Shown here: one piece after another, positions 1 to 8,548 of the stretch
Layout: each line of letters begins with the position of its first letter
Numbering within the stretch: position 1 is the stretch's first letter
Source: Roseiflexaceae bacterium
GTDB taxonomy: Bacteria; Chloroflexota; Chloroflexia; Chloroflexales; Roseiflexaceae
NCBI GenBank assembly: GCA_031362265.1
Contig: JANLSE010000453.1
Coordinates: 1 to 15,130, forward strand
DNA: 15,130 bases
Direction of reading: 5' to 3'
Translations under genes and position numbers: made by a program
The notes under the pieces: generated by a model
Told to the model about the DNA's origin: nothing
Seen by the model: the letters and a program-made list of their open reading frames with translations, nothing else
Database searches by the model: none

Positions 1-24
1 ATTGTATACAACCCAAGGAAGAGT

Positions 25-1779
25 ATGCTCGGATTCACCGCGCGCCGGAAATTACTTAGCGAACGCCAAGAGGCCCTGCTCACTCAGGAACGATCCGCAC
101 TACGTGACCTCCAATCCGCTCTTCTGGATTTTGGAGCTGATGTTGCCCCTGCAGATCGGCAGACCCTCGATGACACAATTGCTCATCTAGGTGAGCTTTT
201 TCTCCTTGTGATCGCTGGCGAATTTAACTCAGGGAAATCCAGTTTTATTAATGCGCTCTTGGGAGATAAGGTTGTTGCGGAGGGGGTTACCCCAACCACT
301 GATCGTATCACGCTCATTCGCTATGGTGAAACGGAAAGCGAAACCCCACTTGGCGATTATACCGTCGAACGGCAGTTCCCCGCCGAGATGCTACGCCAGA
401 TGGTTCTTGTTGATACGCCTGGCGCAAATGCTGTGATCCGCCGCCACGAGGAACTGACCCACGATTTCATCCCGCGTGCCGATATGGTGCTGTTTGTCAC
501 ATCGGCGGATCGGCCCTTCACCGAAAGTGAACGCAGCTTTCTGGAACTCATTCGTGAATGGGGTAAGAAGGTTGTGATCGTCCTCAATAAGGTTGATCTG
601 CTTGAAGATCAAGAGCGCCAGCAGGTTGAGCAGTTTATTCGTGAACATGCAACCAAACTGTTTGGCCTGACGCCCGAAATTCTGGCTGTTTCAGCTCGTT
701 CAGCTCAACGTGCACGCGCCGCGGGTGATGAACAGGCCTGGCAGAGTAGCCGCTTCGAGGAAGCCGAGCGCTATATCCTCGAAACCTTAGATCCTGAGGA
801 GCGCGTACGGCTGAAATTAGCATCGCCTCTTGGAGTTGCCAAGCGCATTGGTGATAAATACCTCAAGGTTGTGGAAGGGCGCCTGACGACGCTGCAGCAC
901 GATGTGCGCACAATCGAGAATATTGAGCGCCAACTCACTCTGTTTGCCGAAGATCTTACCAGCGATTTTCACTACCACGAAACAGAAGTTTCCAATATCC
1001 TCAGTGATTTTGAACTCCGTGGGATGCAGTTCTTCGACGATACGATCAAGGTCTCCAATATCCCTCGGCTCGTCCGTGATGCAGAGGGCATTCGATCTGA
1101 ATTTGAGCAGCTTGTTGTAGGCGATGTGCCAGAACAAATTGAGCAACGCACTCAGGCGCTGATCGATTGGATGATCGACAAGAACCTTCGTCTATGGCAG
1201 TCGATCACCGATTACCTACGCCGTGAAAAGGTACCGCAGCATCAAGGCGGCCTGATTGGGGATGTCGGAGGCTCATTTGAGTATAATCGCAGTTCACTGA
1301 TTGCTTCTGTTGCCCGCAGCGCGCAAACGATTGTCGATAGCTACAACCGCCAAACCGAATCGGCTGCACTCACCGAAGAGGTGCGCGGCGCAATCGCTGG
1401 TTCAGCCTTAGTTGGGGTCGGCGCCGTTGGTTTGGGTGCGATCTTAGTTGCGCTTCTACACACCGCCGCACTTGATTTTACGGGTGTATTGGCAGCTGGA
1501 GTTTTGGCTGTTAGTGGGCTATATCTCATCCCCAATAAGCGTCGTCAGGTCAAGAAGCAATTCCGTGAGCGGATTGCCGATTTGCGTGTGCAGCTTTCAG
1601 CAACTATGCGGCGCTCATTTGATCGTGAGCTTGAGCAGATGCTTCTGCGTATTCGTGAGGCGATCGCCCCCTATACACGCTTCATTCGCTCACAACGTGA
1701 ACAATTGATCGAAGTGCAGCATCGGCTCGCGGATGTCGATGTTGAGCTTGAGCGGCTGCGCGACGAGGTGGAACGCTAG
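25..1779 (+). CDS. Bacterial dynamin-like GTPase (BDLP family) with a C-proximal hydrophobic membrane-paddle segment and a terminal coiled coil
   Basis: The translation carries the GTPase G1 P-loop GEFNSGKS (nt 217-240), G3 DTPG (VLVDTPGANAV, nt about 412-423) and G4 NKVD (VLNKVDLL, nt about 583-600). A long hydrophobic stretch (GAIAGSALVGVGAVGLGAILVALLHTAALDFTGVLAAGVLAVSGLYLI) sits near residue 450-500, as in BDLP paddle regions. The C-terminus is charged and coiled-coil-like. AGGAAG lies 3-8 nt upstream of the ATG at 25. The reading frame stays open to position 1, so the true start could lie upstream of the window. Confidence 0.85.
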   Translation: MLGFTARRKLLSERQEALLTQERSALRDLQSALLDFGADVAPADRQTLDDTIAHLGELFLLVIAGEFNSGKSSFINALLGDKVVAEGVTPTTDRITLIRYGETESETPLGDYTVERQFPAEMLRQMVLVDTPGANAVIRRHEELTHDFIPRADMVLFVTSADRPFTESERSFLELIREWGKKVVIVLNKVDLLEDQERQQVEQFIREHATKLFGLTPEILAVSARSAQRARAAGDEQAWQSSRFEEAERYILETLDPEERVRLKLASPLGVAKRIGDKYLKVVEGRLTTLQHDVRTIENIERQLTLFAEDLTSDFHYHETEVSNILSDFELRGMQFFDDTIKVSNIPRLVRDAEGIRSEFEQLVVGDVPEQIEQRTQALIDWMIDKNLRLWQSITDYLRREKVPQHQGGLIGDVGGSFEYNRSSLIASVARSAQTIVDSYNRQTESAALTEEVRGAIAGSALVGVGAVGLGAILVALLHTAALDFTGVLAAGVLAVSGLYLIPNKRRQVKKQFRERIADLRVQLSATMRRSFDRELEQMLLRIREAIAPYTRFIRSQREQLIEVQHRLADVDVELERLRDEVER

Positions 1780-1798
1780 GCGAGCAACCAGGGTTCGG

Positions 1799-1850
1799 GA
1801 ATCGGATCGCAGACTTCACTCGCTCGCGAATCGGATCGCGGACTTCAGTC
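1799..1850. repeat. Two copies of a 22-nt direct repeat (GAATCGGATCGCAGACTTCACT / GAATCGGATCGCGGACTTCAGT) with 30-nt periodicity in the convergent spacer between the dynamin-like gene and the GT-C gene
   Basis: Read directly from the sequence. Copy 1 is at 1799-1820 and copy 2 at 1829-1850, with 2 mismatches in 22. The mismatches in copy 2 create a perfect 6-bp stem/4-nt loop hairpin, GCGGAC-TTCA-GTCCGC, at 1838-1853. No U-tract follows on either strand. Confidence 0.6.
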
Positions 1851-1867
1851 CGCCCCACCCTGAACCC

Positions 1868-3955
1868 CTATCGCACTTCAAACACTGCGAGTTGTAGCGC
1901 ATCTGGCCCGGCTCCTGAATCCGGTGATCTTGGTGCTTGCAATCGCAGCCGCGCAAACCCATCCGGGTTATACATGCCGATTGCAATATGGTATGTGCCA
2001 GCTGGTGCATCCGCCCGAACTGGTACCTGCTGGATATTCGAGATATAGCGACCTACCCCCCATTGGCTGGTTGGCCAGCGCGCCCCGCCCGGTGGCACAT
2101 CGGCTTGGCCTATCTTATTCCCAGCAGCATCAAGAACATGAACAAACAGCGTGTAATTGGTTGCAGGGGTAGCGGTTCCTTCCCACTCCAGTGTCACGGT
2201 TATGACGCCCTGAGTACGGATGGCCGACGTATCCAGATCATAACCACGTAGTCGAATCGCATCGCCGAACGATGCTGATAGCGGATGCGCCACAGGCAGT
2301 GGAATCTGGTAAATATATGCGTACTCAATCCCATGGATGGTTACCGTATGTACTGGCGCAACTTGTCCGAGTAAACCCCGAATCAGTTGCGGTTTATACT
2401 CCCGCTGAATCTGATCCACATATAACACTGCGTAATCCACTTTGCCTGGGAGATATGCCCATTCCATTGGCACCGCCTCGGCTGGTGCAAGTGGATCGAT
2501 TACGGGTTCATAAAGTGCTGCTACTGGCCGATCGGCTCCATTGGGCTGGGTGCGCAAATAATCTGCCACAAGCTCATAACCTTCCCCCCAGCCAACCGGA
2601 ATCGCCCACACTGCGGTTGTTCCACCACCAAATAATGGATTGAAATAGGCCAGTTCATAGGGGTGATACCAGGCCAGATTTGCTGCCAGAACAAGCCCAG
2701 TTAGCACCATGAGGCCATATGAACGCACCCAAGTGGTACGAATTTCCACTTGCTTGGTATTCTGCATAAACCTTTTCAATACGCTGTTACCGGCAAGCTT
2801 CACGAAACCAACAGCGGCTAATACATTCAATACTGGGAACACTGGCAACGCATAACGGTCGAACTTCTTGGGTGGGATGCTCATCATCACCACAAACGCA
2901 AACGTAAAACACACCAACAGCATCAATGAATAGGGCGCAGGCTGTGGGATATGTGCACGCCACCAGCTTCTACCATGTCGTATGCTCTTCTCAACTGACA
3001 GGCCGAATAACACAATCAGGCCTATGGTCGTCCACGGTGCGAGGCGCAACGCCACGGCCACCGGGTAAAAAAGTAGCCCTGGATCACTGACTGCTTGGCC
3101 CATAAAAAAGTTGCCCCAGCCATGCGGTGTTCCACCATCAGCCTGTGCTTGGATGAAAACACTTCTGAATGCTCCCAAAAGATCAACCCACGCTGCTGGC
3201 CATAGTGCAATCCAGACACTCGCGACGACAACCAGCCAAATCACCAGTGGCTTAGCCGTCGTTTTCACTATGCTCCATGGGTGGCGTATGCCTGCTACAA
3301 GTGCTGTGCTTAGGAGCACCAGCCCAACCATTGGCATTAAGATCACTGCAGGTGATTTTGTTAAGAGTGCCAACCCACCGAACAGTCCACTAAATAATAG
3401 ATAACGCAGCTTATAGTGTAGAGAAATCAAGCCCTGGAAATCGCTGGAGGGATTGGGCTGCATCGCTACCAATAGCGAGAGCAGACTGAGTGTTACGAAC
3501 GAACTGAGTAAGGCATCTAGGTGCAGGAGTTGGCTATGTGCCACCAGAAATGGCTCGCCCGCCCAGAATATGCCTGCTAACAACGCGATTCGGTCACCAA
3601 AAAGCTCGCGTACGAGTGGCAACGCCAACACAATACATACGCTCGACACAATGGCGATTGGCAGCCGCAATAATGCCCGGTGCAGTGCGGCATCATTCCC
3701 AGAAATAACCCCTAGCGCCACGAGCGCTTGTTCAGCCCATGTGCTAAATGCACCTAACCACAGGGTCGTTACCCCTGGATGCCCAACCAGGTTTGTTGCT
3801 GCGTAATGCCCTGTCCTGAGCGCTTCGACAAACAGATGCACCCGCTCAAACCAATGGTATGCCTCATCAATCGTTAGAAAGCGCCCGGCGAGTGCACGTG
3901 GGATGAGCGCACAGACAAACAGGAGCAGGTATAGCCCAAAACGAGATCGCATCAA
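1868..3955 (-). CDS. GT-C fold integral-membrane glycosyltransferase, ArnT/PMT-like (GT39/GT83-type, lipid-carrier-dependent), with about 480 aa of polytopic membrane domain and about 200 aa of C-terminal soluble domain
   Basis: The 695-aa ORF has more than 10 predicted TM helices. A conserved Asp-Glu motif lies in the first extracytoplasmic loop (FLTIDEAYHWFERVHLF), as in the DE/DEARY motif of PMT/ArnT glycosyltransferases. The MM start is at 3955/3952 and the TAG stop at 1868-1870. It lies 31 nt downstream of the peptidase gene on the same strand. Confidence 0.75.
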   Translation of the reverse strand: MMRSRFGLYLLLFVCALIPRALAGRFLTIDEAYHWFERVHLFVEALRTGHYAATNLVGHPGVTTLWLGAFSTWAEQALVALGVISGNDAALHRALLRLPIAIVSSVCIVLALPLVRELFGDRIALLAGIFWAGEPFLVAHSQLLHLDALLSSFVTLSLLSLLVAMQPNPSSDFQGLISLHYKLRYLLFSGLFGGLALLTKSPAVILMPMVGLVLLSTALVAGIRHPWSIVKTTAKPLVIWLVVVASVWIALWPAAWVDLLGAFRSVFIQAQADGGTPHGWGNFFMGQAVSDPGLLFYPVAVALRLAPWTTIGLIVLFGLSVEKSIRHGRSWWRAHIPQPAPYSLMLLVCFTFAFVVMMSIPPKKFDRYALPVFPVLNVLAAVGFVKLAGNSVLKRFMQNTKQVEIRTTWVRSYGLMVLTGLVLAANLAWYHPYELAYFNPLFGGGTTAVWAIPVGWGEGYELVADYLRTQPNGADRPVAALYEPVIDPLAPAEAVPMEWAYLPGKVDYAVLYVDQIQREYKPQLIRGLLGQVAPVHTVTIHGIEYAYIYQIPLPVAHPLSASFGDAIRLRGYDLDTSAIRTQGVITVTLEWEGTATPATNYTLFVHVLDAAGNKIGQADVPPGGARWPTSQWGVGRYISNIQQVPVRADAPAGTYHIAIGMYNPDGFARLRLQAPRSPDSGAGPDALQLAVFEVR

Positions 3956-3986
3956 TTTCTATCCAATCTCAGCGAGATCATTAATA

Positions 3987-5294
3987 CTAATCTTTGCCAC
4001 GGAGTATTTCGAGCGCACGCAATAATTGTGTATCGCCACTCGCCTGTAGGCCCGCAACATCAAGCGCAGCCGCTTCTGCTGGTGAGAGCGGGCTCTTTCC
4101 GGCTGGTAAATCGACCTCTTCGGTTGGGCGGATTCCTTTGCCACGCACAAGCTCACCTTTTGGTGTGAGCCACTGCTGAGTTCCAATGCGCAATTCTCCG
4201 CCGTTATCGAGTGGATAGGTTTGTAGGACTGTCGCTGTTCCAAATGTTGGCATGCCAATCACCTGTGCGCGCCCCGCTTCACTAAGCGCACCAGCCAGAA
4301 TTTCAGCTGAACTAGCGCTATTCTGGTTCACAAGAACAACCAATGGGATGTCTAGGGCAGTCCCGCCCTCGCGGGTAGTATATGGGTTTTGTTTACCATC
4401 GCGATCTTGCTCAATAAGTACCGTTGTGCCGGTGGGCATGAATTCCCCTGCTACGAGCCTTAATTGTTCCACATAACCGCCCGGATTATCACGCAGATCA
4501 AGCACTATCGCTTTGGCGCCTTGTGCTTTCGCTTCAGCGAGCGCTTTCCGCATTTCAGCTCCAGCTTGGGCCGAGAACTGCGTTATCCGGATGTCTGCAA
4601 TCTGATCGCTAAGCATGCGCCAGCTTACGGCAGGTACGTTTACTGTGTCGCGCATAACAGAAATCTCTAGTGGCTCGGTTTGGCCAATACGCTGGAGTAA
4701 CAGGGTCACCTTAGTGCCGCGTGGCCCGCGTACTAGGCTGAGCAATTCATCAACGCTGATCCCATGCACATCGCGCTGATCTACCTGGAGAATGAGATCT
4801 CCAGCCTTGATCCCTGCCTTTTCTGCGGGTGAGCCCTCAATTGGTGAGATGATCAATGGCTGGCCATCACGAATATCAATATAGGCACCGATTCCTTCGA
4901 ATGCACCATTCAGCGATTCCCTCTCGGCCTTTGCAACTTCTGGTGAAAGGTAACGCGTATGCCCAGAATCACCCAAACTATCGGCCATGCCAGCAATAGC
5001 GCCATCCGTCATTTTCTTTGGATCAAGTGCGCTTTGGTCGACATAATATCTCGAAAGCAGATCCCAAGCTTTCCAGAAGCTGCTGAGCCCTGCACATGTT
5101 TGGGGTTCCAATGGGCATGCTTGTAATGAGCGTTGTGCGGTTGTAAAGCCCGCTACGCTTCCGGCGGCCATTGCAATTGCGAATAGTGGTAAGAAAAACC
5201 ACATTGGGATCTGAATTCGCAATATACGTGTCAGTGTTGTCATCAACTGTTCGGGTAAACCCGCTCCATGTTTTGCCGAGGAAGGCCGGCGCAA
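3987..5294 (-). CDS. S41-family C-terminal processing (tail-specific) peptidase with an N-terminal membrane anchor and a PDZ domain
   Basis: An N-terminal TM helix is present (MWFFLPLFAIAMAAGSVAGF). A PDZ-like segment follows (ISPIEGSPAEKAGIKAGDLILQVD). The S41 catalytic-serine region is present (LVVLVNQNSASSAEILAGAL...GMPTFG), as is LDLRDNPGG. The gene is 21 nt downstream of fmt on the same strand. An alternative start at the internal Met of ...EQLMTTL is possible. Confidence 0.85.
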   Translation of the reverse strand: MRRPSSAKHGAGLPEQLMTTLTRILRIQIPMWFFLPLFAIAMAAGSVAGFTTAQRSLQACPLEPQTCAGLSSFWKAWDLLSRYYVDQSALDPKKMTDGAIAGMADSLGDSGHTRYLSPEVAKAERESLNGAFEGIGAYIDIRDGQPLIISPIEGSPAEKAGIKAGDLILQVDQRDVHGISVDELLSLVRGPRGTKVTLLLQRIGQTEPLEISVMRDTVNVPAVSWRMLSDQIADIRITQFSAQAGAEMRKALAEAKAQGAKAIVLDLRDNPGGYVEQLRLVAGEFMPTGTTVLIEQDRDGKQNPYTTREGGTALDIPLVVLVNQNSASSAEILAGALSEAGRAQVIGMPTFGTATVLQTYPLDNGGELRIGTQQWLTPKGELVRGKGIRPTEEVDLPAGKSPLSPAEAAALDVAGLQASGDTQLLRALEILRGKD

Positions 5295-5315
5295 CCTTTG
5301 GGTCTGGCACTCGCT

Positions 5316-6272
5316 TTAGTGCTGAAATATAGCTGGATTCCCCAACCGCGAACCTTGGATATCGCGCATCCCGCGTAGCCAATCGGCCGCGCTCATTGGT
5401 CGTTTGCCTGCTGGTTGGATACTCAGTAGCTCAAGTGCTTCGCTACCACAGGCAACCCATAGGTTTCCATCGCGCACCGCAAGCATACCCGGCTGCATAT
5501 CAGTGAGCGCAGCTCCAACGTTACAGTGTATCACACGGATCGGTTGGCCTTGCCAGGTGCTGGTCGCACCTGGCCATGGGTCATATGCACGTGTCATGCG
5601 CTCAATTTGCTGGGCGGGTAGCTGCCAATCGATGATACCATCGGTTTTGCGGATCAACCCAGTGTAGGTCGCCTGGTTCTCATCCTGGTCGATAAGCGTG
5701 TGTTCATCGCGTAGGTAGGTGGGCAATACCTTCAGAAGTAGCTCAGCGCCAATACTGCAAAGCTCGTTCAGCAGGGGCTCAGCGCGTGCATCGGCCGCAA
5801 GTGCTTGGCGGTGCTGCGCCAGAATCGGCCCTGCATCCATACGTGCAGCTAAACGAATCACGGTGACGCCTGTTTCGGTGTCGCCCGCCAGAATAGCTCC
5901 TGCGATTGGTGCTGGGCCACGCCAACGCGGCAGGAGCGATGGATGGATATTGAGGTATCCAGCTGGAGGAATTGCAAGAACATTGCGGCGTAGAATTTCG
6001 CCGTAGGCCATCACAATGCCAATATCTGGCTGTAATGCCACAAGTTGGGCCACAATCGCAGGGTCGCGTAATGTCTCCGGTTGCAGAATTGGTACAGTAA
6101 GGCCAAGCTCGATCGCCTGCTGCTTAAGTGCTGGCGGCTGAGGCGCCCGTCCACGCCCGCTTGGGCGATCGGGCTGGGTGACAATACCCACAATCTCGAT
6201 CGTTGGATCACGAATAATGTGAGTTAATACAAGCGCTGCAATAGCAGGTGTTCCAAGAAAAAGGATGCGCAT
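5316..6272 (-). CDS. fmt: Methionyl-tRNA formyltransferase
   Basis: The start MRILFLGTP is present, with QPDRPSGRG and HPSLLPRWRGPAPI, the His/Asp catalytic region typical of the formyltransferase N-domain. The Fmt C-terminal domain is also present. Length is 318 aa. Confidence 0.9.
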   Translation of the reverse strand: MRILFLGTPAIAALVLTHIIRDPTIEIVGIVTQPDRPSGRGRAPQPPALKQQAIELGLTVPILQPETLRDPAIVAQLVALQPDIGIVMAYGEILRRNVLAIPPAGYLNIHPSLLPRWRGPAPIAGAILAGDTETGVTVIRLAARMDAGPILAQHRQALAADARAEPLLNELCSIGAELLLKVLPTYLRDEHTLIDQDENQATYTGLIRKTDGIIDWQLPAQQIERMTRAYDPWPGATSTWQGQPIRVIHCNVGAALTDMQPGMLAVRDGNLWVACGSEALELLSIQPAGKRPMSAADWLRGMRDIQGSRLGNPAIFQH

Positions 6273-6290
6273 TTGTCATTTGTTCCCATA

Positions 6291-6320
6291 TTGCAATCGA
6301 AACGTGCTGTATAGTATAAT
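6291..6320 (+). promoter_or_regulatory. Sigma70-like promoter candidate, TTGCAA-18 nt-TATAAT, in the AT-rich divergent intergenic region. It could drive the downstream + strand six-gene block.
   Basis: TTGCAA is at 6291-6296 and TATAAT at 6315-6320, overlapped by TATAGT at 6310-6315. It lies 117 nt upstream of the ATG at 6437. The surrounding 164-nt spacer has far lower GC than the rest of the window. This is sequence pattern only, with no experimental support. Confidence 0.4.
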
Positions 6321-6436
6321 TGAAATACTGAACGTATGATACTATTTACAATAATAGAGCACTCGTACAAGAACAGCAGTGATATTGTGCTCTTGATCTG
6401 TACAATCAGTATGATCAATCATCCAGTGAGAAACGC

Positions 6437-7378
6437 ATGCAGGCACTCGTCTTCGACGGTCAGCTACGCTTTATTCGGGATCGCTCCGAGCCGCTTCTTG
6501 TGCCAGGCGAAGCGTTGATCCGCCCGATGCTCGTTGGCATCTGCAATACCGATATCGAAATTACGCATGGGTATAAGGGGTTTCAGGGGGTGCTTGGCCA
6601 TGAATTTGTTGGCACGGTTGTTGCGTGCGCAGATTCGGAATGGGTTGGCCAACGGGTCGTCGGTGAAATTAATGCAGCTTGTTTCCGCTGTGCAGTATGC
6701 CTACGTGGGGATTCTAGCCACTGCCCAGAACGTTCGACACTTGGCATATATCGCCGCGATGGAGTTATGGCCGAATATGCGACCTTACCTACCGCCTGCT
6801 TGCACCGTGTTCCTGCTGCTCTTTCCGACCAAGAGGCGGTCTTTACTGAGCCATTAGCTGCTGCAGTCGAGATATTAGAACAGGCCCATATCCTTCCAAC
6901 CGATCGCGTAGCTGTGGTTGGTGATGGCAAATTGGGTTTACTCTGCGCTCAGGTGCTTCGGCTGCCTGGTTGTGATGTCACACTGATTGGGCGTCATCCC
7001 GAACGTTGGGAGGCAATGCGGGCGCAGGGCATTACAACCCTTACCGCTGCTGAGGTTCGTGGGAATTTTGATGTTGTGGTCGATTGTACTGGGAATCCGG
7101 CTGGGTTAGCGACCGCTCGGTGGCTGGTGCGCCCACGTGGGCGGTTGGTCATTAAGAGTACAGTTGCGGCCGAAACTCAACTTGATTTGACAATGCTGGT
7201 CGTTGATGAGATTCAACTTATTGGGTCGCGCTGTGGCCCATTTGCACCTGCGCTGCGCTTGCTCGAACGTGGTTTGGTGCAAGTTACGCCGCTAATAGCT
7301 GGGCGGTACCCCCTTGAACAAGGAGTGATCGCTTTTGAGACTGCTCGCCGCCGCCTAAAAATCCTCCTGGAGGTATAG
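6437..7378 (+). CDS. Zinc-dependent medium-chain dehydrogenase/reductase (alcohol, sorbitol or threonine dehydrogenase-like)
   Basis: The catalytic-zinc ligands are present: GICNTD near the N-terminus and GHEFVG. A structural-zinc CxxCxxCx7C motif is present (CFRCAVCLRGDSSHC). A Rossmann segment is present (VAVVGDGKLGLL). The stop TAG at 7376-7378 abuts the next ATG at 7379. Confidence 0.85.
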   Translation: MQALVFDGQLRFIRDRSEPLLVPGEALIRPMLVGICNTDIEITHGYKGFQGVLGHEFVGTVVACADSEWVGQRVVGEINAACFRCAVCLRGDSSHCPERSTLGIYRRDGVMAEYATLPTACLHRVPAALSDQEAVFTEPLAAAVEILEQAHILPTDRVAVVGDGKLGLLCAQVLRLPGCDVTLIGRHPERWEAMRAQGITTLTAAEVRGNFDVVVDCTGNPAGLATARWLVRPRGRLVIKSTVAAETQLDLTMLVVDEIQLIGSRCGPFAPALRLLERGLVQVTPLIAGRYPLEQGVIAFETARRRLKILLEV

Positions 7379-8548
7379 ATGGCTATTAAGAACGCCGCTG
7401 CATCCGCCGTACTCGCCCTCATGTTCGCTTCGTTGCTGGTGATTTATGTTGTGGTGCCGCAAAATGATCTTGTTACGCTGCTGAGTGTCATTATTATGGC
7501 AATCGGCCTTGTGATTGCCTTTGTTGGTGAACGCGACGAAATCATGATGATGGCTGGCTTGGCTGGCTTGATTTCGCTTGCGGCAGCATTCTTTGCCGGC
7601 CAAGCAGTGTTTGGCAATACAGGTGGTATCATTGCCACTGTGGCATGGGCTGCAGCACTTATTGCTCTGGCACGGCGTGCATCTGCCGAAACAGTAGTTA
7701 TCCCTGAGGATCATGCGTTTATGGTTGCGCCATTTCTGAGTAGTCAAGCATATGCGAACCCCTCCTCCATCCCGCTAACAAGTCTGCCCTTTCTTGATCG
7801 CCATGTTGCGACTATCCCAACCTATGTGTTGACTGAAGAAATTAAGGTAGAAAAAGTTGATATTCGATCGCTCGATGAGGTCGAAGATATCGAAGTTCAT
7901 ACGCGCTACCAAGTCAAAGATCCCAGCAAACTGTTACGCGGTATTCCAAACCGTGGCAAGATCCAAAGCGATGTAGCGCGTGAGATGGGGCTTCCGCTTA
8001 GCAAAGCGCGCCTTGACGTTGCATTTTGGGAAAAGCTGCTCGCCCGCCAAATGCGCGCTGAAGTGGATGATATTGTACGTAAAGAGTTGTTCAAAAAGGG
8101 TGCAGCCGAAAATCTTGTGCTTGTGTATGAACAGCGCGAAGAACTGTCTCAATCTGTTGAGTCGGCATTGCAAAAACTTGTGCAGCGCTGGGGTGTCGAA
8201 GTTCATGAAATTGCACTCGATTCATATAAAATGGATCGTGCAGCTGCTAAGCGAATTAAAGCTGGCCCAGACGCATTGCTTCGTGAAATTGATAATGAGA
8301 AGAAACGACGCGAGGGTGCAGCTCAGAGCGAAGCTGTTCGGATCCAACTGACTGGTAATGCAACAAATGATCGTATTCGCCAGTTGATCGAACTCCTAAA
8401 GGAACGCCATCCCAGTATGACACCCGAACAGATCTCCGTTATCGTAAGCTCGGCGCTTTTGGGTGATGCGCTCGATGATGATAATGAATACGAGAAGCTG
8501 TTGGCGAGTAGCGCACCTGTTGGTTTGCTTCCAGCACCGAAGAAGTAA
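7379..8548 (+). CDS. SPFH/band-7 (stomatin/prohibitin/flotillin/HflKC-like) domain protein with an N-terminal block of four transmembrane helices and an acidic C-terminal tail
   Basis: Residues 6-100 form four hydrophobic helices (AASAVLALMFASLLVIYVVV, LVTLLSVIIMAIGLVIAFVG, IMMMAGLAGLISLAAAFFAG, GGIIATVAWAAALIALA). An SPFH-like core follows (YQVKDPSKLL...ARLDVAFWEKLLARQMRAEVDDIVRKELF...WGVEVHEIALDSYKMD). A GGAGG Shine-Dalgarno at 7368-7372 lies inside the end of the upstream gene. Confidence 0.7.
   Translation: MAIKNAAASAVLALMFASLLVIYVVVPQNDLVTLLSVIIMAIGLVIAFVGERDEIMMMAGLAGLISLAAAFFAGQAVFGNTGGIIATVAWAAALIALARRASAETVVIPEDHAFMVAPFLSSQAYANPSSIPLTSLPFLDRHVATIPTYVLTEEIKVEKVDIRSLDEVEDIEVHTRYQVKDPSKLLRGIPNRGKIQSDVAREMGLPLSKARLDVAFWEKLLARQMRAEVDDIVRKELFKKGAAENLVLVYEQREELSQSVESALQKLVQRWGVEVHEIALDSYKMDRAAAKRIKAGPDALLREIDNEKKRREGAAQSEAVRIQLTGNATNDRIRQLIELLKERHPSMTPEQISVIVSSALLGDALDDDNEYEKLLASSAPVGLLPAPKK

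Noticed and set aside
817-1146. A minus-strand 109-aa ORF and several 60-90-aa ORFs inside the dynamin-like, GT-C, peptidase, fmt and dehydrogenase genes
   Set aside because: Each is embedded in a longer, motif-supported gene on the other strand or in another frame. They are typical shadow ORFs.
6321-6436. Possible riboswitch or leader peptide in the 116-nt 5' leader of the six-gene block
   Set aside because: The leader is AT-rich and poorly structured. No conserved riboswitch core motif is discernible, and there is no short ORF with a ribosome-binding site. It is more consistent with a promoter or operator region.
7355-7747. A minus-strand 130-aa Cys/His-rich ORF (CCSPCHSGNDTTC...) and similar minus-strand ORFs at 7444-7638, 7906-8094, 7934-8206 and 8396-8809
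   Set aside because: They are antisense to the SPFH and kinase genes. The Cys/His/Arg richness is the usual artefact of reading the reverse complement of codons for hydrophobic residues. There is no independent support.
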